From NCBI GenBank assembly GCA_029210695.1, contig JARGFH010000042.1, positions 1 through 32,979 of the forward strand: a stretch of 32,979 nt of DNA, written 5' to 3'. This stretch comes from Acidimicrobiia bacterium (lineage in GTDB: Bacteria > Actinomycetota > Acidimicrobiia > Spongiisociales > JAHEDJ01). The notes beneath the pieces were generated by a model. That model ran no database searches and had not been told where the DNA came from. It worked only from the letters and a program-made list of their open reading frames with translations. The position numbers and the translations under genes were made by a program. Position 1 is the first letter of the stretch, and every line of letters begins with the position of its first letter. Positions 10,030 to 16,929 of this stretch are shown piece after piece.

Positions 10030-10818
10030 CTATCCGAATGGGTCGCCTTCCAGGGCTTCGCCGACGGGCACGGGAGCTTCGGCGACGAAGCTGTCTCCAT
10101 TGCCAATGATCGGCGCGGACGACCGTCGGTTCCACAGCACGAATGCGAGGGCGGCCACTAGCACGACGGCTGCGGCTGCCGCGATCGGGATTAGCGGGAG
10201 CCCTCCCCCTGGGGCAGACTCAGCGCTGATCACCCGTCCGGAGTCGGTCAAGTGAACCTTCCATACCAGGGTGCCGTCCGACTGCTCTGAATCGGCGTTG
10301 TGGGTGACGATCTCGCCGGGCAGCTTCACGAGGATCTCCGCGTCGAAGAAGGTCTCCGAGAGGTCGTCAACGGAGCCGCCGAGGTCGAATCCTTCGACGC
10401 CCTGGAGCCCCTGCTCGAGGGTCTCGCCGCTCATGGTGGCTTCGAACCGGAACCCGCCGCCTTCGGTGGTTTCTACAGTGAAGGTTTCGAACAGACCATC
10501 TTCGCCGCTGAACACGGTACCGGCGATCGAGCGAAGTTCGGCGAGATCATCGAAGCCGGTACTCGCCTCCATGCCGGTGAACTCACCCTCCGACCAGTCC
10601 GTCGAACTCCAACCGGCCGGCAGATCCGTCGTCAGGTCGGCGAGCGGGTCACCCTCCGGCGCGAACGAGCCCATTAGCTCCATGAGTTCTTCGTCGAACC
10701 CGAAGACGACGGAGGCTTTGCCCGATCCGTCGCTGTTGAGCTCGAAGCCCTGATCTACTTTCACTTTGCAGCCGGTCAGGAGAACGGCCAATACCACGAC
10801 TGGAATTAGTCGGCGCAT
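10030..10818 (-). CDS. LppM-like (DUF3153-type) lipoprotein with C-terminal TM anchor
   Basis: Lipobox LTGC followed by 'KVKVDQGFELNSDGSG'; 'VKLPGEIVTHNAD...GTLVW'; C-terminal TM followed by RR. Confidence 0.8.
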   Translation of the reverse strand: MRRLIPVVVLAVLLTGCKVKVDQGFELNSDGSGKASVVFGFDEELMELMGSFAPEGDPLADLTTDLPAGWSSTDWSEGEFTGMEASTGFDDLAELRSIAGTVFSGEDGLFETFTVETTEGGGFRFEATMSGETLEQGLQGVEGFDLGGSVDDLSETFFDAEILVKLPGEIVTHNADSEQSDGTLVWKVHLTDSGRVISAESAPGGGLPLIPIAAAAAVVLVAALAFVLWNRRSSAPIIGNGDSFVAEAPVPVGEALEGDPFG

Positions 10819-10843
10819 GAGATTCCTTGGTCGGTTCTAAGGA

Positions 10844-10871
10844 ACTTCGGCTGCGAACCCGATGTCCTTGA
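10844..10871 (-). promoter_or_regulatory. Candidate sigma-28 (WhiG/FliA-type) promoter of the LppM-like gene
   Basis: Minus strand TCAA-N16-GCCGAAGT versus consensus TAAA-N15/16-GCCGATAA, 25 nt upstream of the ATG. Confidence 0.45.
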
Positions 10872-10950
10872 GGTTTGTCGAACCTGGAGAAACAACTGGG
10901 GCCGCCGGGTTCTCCCGTTGCCGCGGGCCCGTGCCTCTACGATTACGGTG

Positions 10951-12042
10951 ATGACGGATCCACTCGACCTCGATGCCACCCGCTCCGCGATCGCGGCTCG
11001 CGACCTCACCGCAACTGCTTCCGGCTACCTGACCACCGACGTCGCCATGCGATTGCCCTTCGAGGCCCTCGGGCCTTTCAAGACTCTGCTCCGACGGTTC
11101 TTCTCGGCTGAGGCCTTCACCGCTGCGGATCGACAGGAACTCAGCGACACCGTAACCCCCCATATCGAGGGCGGCTGGTGGGAGCATGATCTCGGAGGCG
11201 GCATAACGCTCGCTCACGGGGTCACCGAGGGCCGGTACGTGATCCGGGTTTCCGGGGCTGCCTCGCCGGCTCCCTCTGTGTTTGCTCGGGTCTTCGACGG
11301 TCCGGTGGTCCCGGAAGCCACACCGCATCCCCGCAAGGTGAAGTTCGTGGTCGGGGGTCCGCCTGCACCAGGGAAATGGTATCTCCGGCACGACGCCGAC
11401 ACCGGCGAGGACGCGCGGGTGGCGCGATTGTTCGCAGAGCCAGACGTCACCGACGTCATGGTGGCCGGCGACTTCGTCACCGTCGGCATTGGTTCTCGAG
11501 CGTCGTGGGAACGCCGGCTCGAGCCCCTTCTGGCGCTGGTGACCGAGCTCTTTTTGGTCGAGGGCTTGCCATCGTCGGCTCCCGAACGGACCAGAGATGA
11601 ACTGCTCGACGAGGCCCGACGCTCAACCGGAGAACGCCCGGAGGAGCTCCATTTGCTCGACCCGGACCTGGGCCCGGAACGTGTCCGGCTGCTTGCCGCG
11701 ATCGATTCGGACGATCCAAGAGTGCGTAGGGTGGCACTGGCGATCCTCCTCGAATCCACCGATTCATCCGTGCGCGCCGCCGCGGTCGAGCAAGGGATGG
11801 GCGACCCCTCCCGGATTGTCAGACGCGCAACCATCGATTCGGCGGCGGACTCCGGTCTCGAGTCGTTCCGACCGGTGTTCGAGGCGGCTCTGCGCGACGA
11901 AGACGGGTGGATTCGCTGGAAGGCGGTGCGGGCCCTCGGCGAGTTGAGGGTCGGCACGAGTAGGCCGTTGGTCGAAGAAGCCTCGAAGGACGCCGACTTC
12001 CAGGTCCGGTTCGAAGCCGCCCGCGTTCTCAAGCGGGGATAG
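10951..12042 (+). CDS. Nfu/NifU N-terminal domain + HEAT-repeat protein (CvfC/YpgR-like architecture)
   Basis: 'EATPHPRKVKF...RLFAEPDVTDVMVAGDFVTV...W..RLEPL' (Nfu_N); HEAT units 'DDPRVRRVA', 'DPSRIVRRA', 'DEDGWIRWKAVRALG', 'DADFQVRFEAA'; TACGAT 7 nt before ATG. Confidence 0.8.
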   Translation: MTDPLDLDATRSAIAARDLTATASGYLTTDVAMRLPFEALGPFKTLLRRFFSAEAFTAADRQELSDTVTPHIEGGWWEHDLGGGITLAHGVTEGRYVIRVSGAASPAPSVFARVFDGPVVPEATPHPRKVKFVVGGPPAPGKWYLRHDADTGEDARVARLFAEPDVTDVMVAGDFVTVGIGSRASWERRLEPLLALVTELFLVEGLPSSAPERTRDELLDEARRSTGERPEELHLLDPDLGPERVRLLAAIDSDDPRVRRVALAILLESTDSSVRAAAVEQGMGDPSRIVRRATIDSAADSGLESFRPVFEAALRDEDGWIRWKAVRALGELRVGTSRPLVEEASKDADFQVRFEAARVLKRG

Positions 12043-12071
12043 AAGAACCCAGGGCTTGCGCCCTGGGTTCT
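12041..12071 (-). terminator. Intrinsic terminator (12-bp stem, GCAA loop on minus strand), possibly bidirectional
   Basis: AGAACCCAGGGC-GCAA-GCCCTGGGTTCT then TCT on minus strand; also directly follows the stop at 12042 on plus. Confidence 0.8.
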
Positions 12072-12168
12072 GAGTCGGCCGGGTCCGGTGGGGCTGAGGG
12101 GGGTCAGCCTGGTGCCGGTACCGACCTTGGGGGATCGACCGGCGACAGGCTCTCAGGCCCACCCCGTC
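12041..12168 (-). ncRNA. 6C RNA-like small RNA (B11-type)
   Basis: Two adjacent hairpins with C-rich loops: GCCGGU-CGAUC-CCCCAA-GGUCG-GU-ACCGGC (12143-12114) and GGCUGA-CCCCCC-UCAGCC (12109-12092), followed by a GNRA terminator; 5' end approximate. Confidence 0.72.
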
Positions 12169-12282
12169 ATCAATAGGGTCGCACGCCTCGTGTCGAGGGA
12201 GGCGATAGGCCTGTGCACGAATCCGTACCTATCGACCGGTCGGTAAGGAAGCGCCAGCGGTGTGCCCGGTATGCTCCCGGCC

Positions 12283-12732
12283 ATGCGAAGAGCCATATTT
12301 ACCGTGAGTGCGCTTGCTCTGATCGGCGTGGCCTGCGGGTCGGGGACCGACGCCGTCCCGACCGTTCCCGCGGTAGGGCCGACCTCCACTGTGGCTCCGG
12401 CAGCCACCACAACCTCCGAACCGGTAGCCGGAGACACGACGACGACTACGTTCCCGGCCACTACGACGACGCTGCCCGGCGTGACTGTGCTGGAAGTGGT
12501 GGTGGCGGAAGGCGAAGTCGCAGAACTCAGCGCAACTCTTGACGAAGAACTCCGGATCATCGTGTATGCGGATGAGGTTGATGAGGTTCATCTGCACACC
12601 TACGACATCCAGGTTGCCGTGGGGCCGGGTGCGCCGGCAGTAATCGAGTTCGTTGCTTCGATTCCCGGGATCTTCGAGATCGAGTTCGAGAAGGCCGGCT
12701 CCCTGATCGCCGAACTGCGGGTGGATCCGTGA
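12283..12732 (+). CDS. Lipoprotein with T/P-rich linker and small cupredoxin-like domain
   Basis: Lipobox GVAC; 'ADEVDEVHLHTYD...PGIFEIEFE'; TATGCT 7 nt before ATG. Confidence 0.78.
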   Translation: MRRAIFTVSALALIGVACGSGTDAVPTVPAVGPTSTVAPAATTTSEPVAGDTTTTTFPATTTTLPGVTVLEVVVAEGEVAELSATLDEELRIIVYADEVDEVHLHTYDIQVAVGPGAPAVIEFVASIPGIFEIEFEKAGSLIAELRVDP

Positions 12733-14090
12733 GGCGATCGGTCCGTGGGGCTGTAACCTCGCTGATCGCCGCCGCCGTCGTCGTTGCCGTGCCGTCGCCA
12801 GCCTTCGCTCATGGGATTGGCGGACGCGCCGACCTTCCCGTTCCGCTCGGTTACTTCCTGGTCGGGGCCGGCGTAGTGCTGGTGGTGTCGTTCATTGCGC
12901 TCGCCGTGCTGTGGAAGATGCCCCGCTTGCAGGATGGTCCGCGCTCGGAGGCGATGAGCGTGCAGGTGGACGGTCTGCCTGCGACGGTGCTGTCCGTCGC
13001 CGGGGTGTTCTTCCTGTTTCTCGTGATCGGCGCCGGCTTATTCGGTGTGCAAAACGGAACCCGCAACGTGGCGCCTGCCACGGTATGGGTGGTGTTCTGG
13101 CTGGTTGTGCCGTTTCTTGGTGCGCTCGTCGGCAACATCTACACGCCACTGAACCCTTGGAGGACGCTATCCGGCTGGCTATTGCCGGACCAGGAGGATC
13201 GACAGGGCATTCTCGAACGCTGGGGCGTATATCCGGCCGGCGTCGCTTTTTTCGGGTTCACCTGGCTCGAGCTGGTGTGGCCGGATTCTGGTCAACCCAG
13301 AACGTTGGCAGCGGCCGCGCTGTTGTACACCTTCTACGTACTGCTGTTGGCGGGTTGGGGAGGTCGGGACGCCGGACTGCAATCGGGAGAGCTCTTCACG
13401 ACCTACAACCGGCTCATCAGTTCGGTCTCACCGTTCGGGCGAGATCGGGACGGCCGGTTGGTGCGGCGAGGATGGTTGCGTGCGTTGCCGGTACTGCCCG
13501 CCTGGCGGGGTCTGACGTTCTTTGTGGTTCTAATGATCGGCACGGTCAGTTACGACGGGTTGTCCGGGACATCATGGTGGAGGGAGCTCCTAGGGAGCAT
13601 GGCCGGCGAACTCTGGGCGGAGACCCTCGGGATGTTGACGATCATTGCAGTCATCGGCGGCGCCTACGCGGCGGCCTCGTGGGGGGCCGTGGCGTTGACC
13701 GGCGGCGGCGGGCGCAGTACCGGGGAGATTGCGGCCTCGTTCGCACACACTCTGGTGCCGATCGCTCTGGCCTACGCCTTCGCGCACTACTTCACGCTCG
13801 TGCTATTCGAGGGCCAGTTGTTCATCTCCACCCTCTCGGATCCGTTCGGTCGGGGATGGAATCTGTTCGGTACCGCAGACCGGGAGGTGAGCTACTTCCT
13901 CGCACCCGAGGTGATCTGGTATGTGCAGGTGGCGGCCATCCTGTTCGGACACATTGCCGGCGTGGTTTTGGCCCACGATCGCGCTCTGGCGGTATTCCCC
14001 GAGAAGACCGCGGTCAGGAGCCAGTACGCGATGCTGGTGCTGATGGTCTTGCTGACCAGCCTCGGCCTCACGATCCTCGCCGCCGGCTGA
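12729..14090 (+). CDS. Polytopic membrane protein with signal peptide and N-terminal His (family often auto-annotated 'fenitrothion hydrolase')
   Basis: GTGA overlap with upstream gene; AFA|HGIGGRADLPVP; about 10 TM; 'LVPIALAYAFAHYF', 'SDPFGRGWNLFGT', 'GHIAGVVLAHDR'. Confidence 0.8.
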   Translation: MRRSVRGAVTSLIAAAVVVAVPSPAFAHGIGGRADLPVPLGYFLVGAGVVLVVSFIALAVLWKMPRLQDGPRSEAMSVQVDGLPATVLSVAGVFFLFLVIGAGLFGVQNGTRNVAPATVWVVFWLVVPFLGALVGNIYTPLNPWRTLSGWLLPDQEDRQGILERWGVYPAGVAFFGFTWLELVWPDSGQPRTLAAAALLYTFYVLLLAGWGGRDAGLQSGELFTTYNRLISSVSPFGRDRDGRLVRRGWLRALPVLPAWRGLTFFVVLMIGTVSYDGLSGTSWWRELLGSMAGELWAETLGMLTIIAVIGGAYAAASWGAVALTGGGGRSTGEIAASFAHTLVPIALAYAFAHYFTLVLFEGQLFISTLSDPFGRGWNLFGTADREVSYFLAPEVIWYVQVAAILFGHIAGVVLAHDRALAVFPEKTAVRSQYAMLVLMVLLTSLGLTILAAG

Positions 14091-14094
14091 AAAC

Positions 14095-14150
14095 CCCGTT
14101 TTCGCGCGGGATTCCCACCGTATGAGGCGCGATTCCCGCGCGAAAACGGG
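14095..14150. repeat. Palindromic REP/MITE-like element, family A copy 2 (inverted relative to copy 1)
   Basis: 17-bp perfect IR CCCGTTTTCGCGCGGGA/TCCCGCGCGAAAACGGG with 22-nt spacer homologous to copy 1; between convergent genes. Confidence 0.85.
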
Positions 14151-14159
14151 ATTGGGGGC

Positions 14160-15104
14160 TTACTTGGTGAGGACCGAGCGGATTTCTATGACCTGATAGG
14201 GGGTCGTCTCGGTGTCTGTGTAGGGGTCGAGCGGGTAGATGCCGAGAGAGGATCCGGCCGCGTCGAGGAGCTCAAAGCGGCCCGTCCAGATCACCTCGAT
14301 CGCCAGCGAGTACAGGCCCTTGGTGTTGTAGGTGTACGTTCTGGCCGGTTCCTCTTCGGTCCCGGAGATGAAGCGGTAGTGATCAACCGGCGGCGCGACC
14401 ACGTCACCCGGCGTAATGAAGCCGATCGACTCCGTATCTCCGTTGTCGAAAGTCCAGTGCACGGCGGCAACCCAGGCATCGACCAGCGTCGTGAACCCAC
14501 CGGCTGAGGCGGTCAGCGAGATCGTGGTCTCCGCGGGATCCCAGCCCGGCGTACCCGGGTCGAACCACAACCACATCTCCATGCCGGTAACCCCCGTGGG
14601 GTACCCGTCGACGAGCGGGCTCGGGCTGAGCGACAAGTTCGGATCCGGGAGAGCGGCCGCCGCCGCGTCCCATACATCGAGGTCTGGCACCGGCGGCGGG
14701 CCGCAATAGGGCCGGGTCACATCGCCATGGTTCGGTCCCGGATTGATGAGCTCGAGTCCAGACGCGCCGCCGATCAGGCCGATGCCGTCTCCGCCGGGGA
14801 TCCACACGATGATGTCGGAGCCAATCAGCTCCCCCCTGGCCGGGTCGTCGCCGTGGAACAGCCATTCGCGCCAGCCGCCTTCATCAACGGCGCATTCGGG
14901 TGCCGGGCCCTCGAACGAGTAGCGGAGATGGAACCCCTCCGGGGCCGTGAACGAGCCGTCCGACTGCACGCTGATCCAGGTAGTGACCTCTCCGTCGGCG
15001 ATTCCGCCTCCGCCCTCTTCACCGCCCGCGTGAGCCGTTCCCTGCAACCCAACCAGGAAGAGAACTGTGGCGATAAGCAGCGAGCTGAGCCGGAAGTTCG
15101 TCAC
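14160..15104 (-). CDS. Secreted protein with C-terminal PKD/Ig-like domain (actinobacterial family often mislabelled ATP/GTP-binding)
   Basis: Signal peptide AHA|; 'LPDPNLSLSP...GVTGMEMWLW...WTFDNGD...TYTYNTKGLYSLAIEVIWTG...YQVIEIRSVL'; no P-loop; GTGA overlap. Confidence 0.75.
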   Translation of the reverse strand: MTNFRLSSLLIATVLFLVGLQGTAHAGGEEGGGGIADGEVTTWISVQSDGSFTAPEGFHLRYSFEGPAPECAVDEGGWREWLFHGDDPARGELIGSDIIVWIPGGDGIGLIGGASGLELINPGPNHGDVTRPYCGPPPVPDLDVWDAAAAALPDPNLSLSPSPLVDGYPTGVTGMEMWLWFDPGTPGWDPAETTISLTASAGGFTTLVDAWVAAVHWTFDNGDTESIGFITPGDVVAPPVDHYRFISGTEEEPARTYTYNTKGLYSLAIEVIWTGRFELLDAAGSSLGIYPLDPYTDTETTPYQVIEIRSVLTK

Positions 15105-15733
15105 TGTTCTCCGCCTACGATTTCACCAAGCCTTCCGGTGACTCCGACGCGCCATCGTCCGTCCGTCCCGCGTTCAAGCCCGAATAGGACAACTTTGTTG
15201 ACGTACTCGTCCCGTTCGAGGCGCATCCGTTGGCCTGATTCATCCACCACGAACTGAGGCGACCATGAGTCTGTGATCTGAAGTAGTACGTTCCCGTTTT
15301 CGAACTCCTGGGTGACTATCGCCTCCTCTACGACGATGCCACCGTCATCTTGGACCCATCCTTTGTCTGCGTATTCATTGAGGAAGTCGATCACCGCGCT
15401 GTAGCAGTCGCAACTCTCGAGATACACGAGATCGAGATACTCCGGACCCAGAACAGGAATGGTGTGCAGGTAGCTCACGTACTCCAAGATCGCCACGATG
15501 GCTTCGGTGGGGTCCTCGACGTCATTGTTGGGGAGGAGGATTTCGACGGGTTCTGTTGTCGTTGTGGTGGCCGGGGATGTCGTTGTCGTCGTCGCGGGGA
15601 GCGTTGTCGTCGTCACGGGTGTCGCAGGCATCGTCGTCGGCAGTGCTGAGGTCGTGGCCGTCGACGAGGTAGAGCAGGCACCGAGAAAGAGCATCGCTGC
15701 GACGAGCCATATCGAGGTTCCCTGGATCCGCAT
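15101..15733 (-). CDS. Lipoprotein with Thr-rich linker (DUF6318-like)
   Basis: Lipobox LGAC; poly-Thr stalk; 'LESCDCY'; C-terminal 'LERGTDGRWRV'. Confidence 0.72.
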   Translation of the reverse strand: MRIQGTSIWLVAAMLFLGACSTSSTATTSALPTTMPATPVTTTTLPATTTTTSPATTTTTEPVEILLPNNDVEDPTEAIVAILEYVSYLHTIPVLGPEYLDLVYLESCDCYSAVIDFLNEYADKGWVQDDGGIVVEEAIVTQEFENGNVLLQITDSWSPQFVVDESGQRMRLERDEYVNKVVLFGLERGTDGRWRVGVTGRLGEIVGGEQ

Positions 15734-15965
15734 CCCTTACCTATCGTTAGCAAACGACTACCAACAAGAGTACCCAGTGATTTCCTGCGCTGCCAGCAGG
15801 TCGGTAACTCACTTTTCGCGGTTTCCGCACTAGTTCGTACCTCGCCGGGCGACGCAAGGCGGAGGCATGGAACGAGCGCAGGCTCGGCCGCTCTGACTGG
15901 ATGAGCCTAGGTAGAGTTCGAAGGAGCGGGCGACCCAACAGCCCGCCAACCACTGAGGAGGAGAG

Positions 15966-16745
15966 ATGCCGGAGCGCACCTCATACGCACAGGGGATCCC
16001 TAACTGGGTGGACCTCCAAACTTCAGATCAGCCCGCAGCCAAGGCGTTCTATGGCGAGTTGTTCGGCTGGACCTACAGAGATGAGCCGGTCCCGCAAGGC
16101 GGCGTCTATTCGATGGCTTACATCGACGACAAGACGGTGGCGGCGATCTCACCTCAAACCCCGGACATGGCCGCGCAGGGCGTTCCGCCGCTGTGGAACA
16201 CCTACTTCGCCGTCGACGATGTCGACGCAACGGCGGCCAAGGTCGCCGGGGCCGGTGGGATGGTGGCGATGGAGCCGTTCGACGTGATGGACGCCGGCCG
16301 GATGGCCGCGGTCATGGACCCGACCGGCGCCTTCTGCATGCTCTGGCAGGCGAAGAACCACATAGGTGGACAAATCGTCAACGCACCGGGAGCCCTGATC
16401 TGGAATGAACTCGTGACCGCAGAAACGGGCAAAGCCGTGGATTTCTACGAGGCGATTCTCGGACTCGAGGGCGAAGCAACCGACATGGGCACCGGACCGT
16501 ACACGACCTTCAAAGTGGGGGGCGAGGCCGTGGCCGGCTCGATGCTTCCTCCCGAGGACGGCATACCGAGTCACTGGGCCGTCTATTTCGGAACCGCCGA
16601 TACCGCCGCCACCTGCGAGAAGGCGAAGGAGTTGGGAGGCGCGGTCGAAGCCGGTCCATTCGACACACCGATCGGGCCGATGGCGGTCATCCGCGATCCG
16701 CAGGGGGCCTACTTCTCCGTGTTCCAGGTGCCGCAAGACGGTTAG
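15966..16745 (+). CDS. VOC/glyoxalase family protein, two-domain (CFP32/Rv0577-like)
   Basis: SD GAGGAGG; 'GIPNWVDLQT...AKAFYGELFGW', 'WNTYFAVDDVD', 'GRMAAVMDPTGA', 'DPQGAYF'. Confidence 0.92.
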   Translation: MPERTSYAQGIPNWVDLQTSDQPAAKAFYGELFGWTYRDEPVPQGGVYSMAYIDDKTVAAISPQTPDMAAQGVPPLWNTYFAVDDVDATAAKVAGAGGMVAMEPFDVMDAGRMAAVMDPTGAFCMLWQAKNHIGGQIVNAPGALIWNELVTAETGKAVDFYEAILGLEGEATDMGTGPYTTFKVGGEAVAGSMLPPEDGIPSHWAVYFGTADTAATCEKAKELGGAVEAGPFDTPIGPMAVIRDPQGAYFSVFQVPQDG

Positions 16746-16854
16746 CGCACGCTCGAGAAGGAGGAGTTGGACACCCGGCCCCTCCAGCATCTTCTGTCGA
16801 GGAACCGCCTCGAATGCCGGCCGGGCGGATCCGGCACCCAAGTCCTTTCTGTTG

Positions 16855-16880
16855 GGAACGCGTTCTTTCCATGCTGCGTT
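16855..16880 (+). promoter_or_regulatory. Candidate ECF sigma (SigH/SigR/SigE-type) promoter
   Basis: GGAAC-N17-CGTT (GGAAY-N18-GTT), 49 nt upstream of the start at 16930. Confidence 0.55.
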
Positions 16881-16929
16881 GAGAGGATGGTGAGGGCGTA
16901 GGACGTGAAGGGTCTGGAGGAGGGTCGTC

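Noticed and set aside
12140..12168. TPP riboswitch (GGGGTG...CTGAGA on minus strand)
   Set aside because: Lacks the downstream ACCUGA...AAU..C.GCG.AGG core and has no minus-strand gene downstream
15555..15665. ACG/ACC-type trinucleotide repeats (also 12405-12472)
   Set aside because: They simply encode Thr-rich lipoprotein linkers
16757..16902. sORF after AAGGAGGAG (TTG at about 16767)
   Set aside because: SD-start spacing too short and the product has no protein-like features
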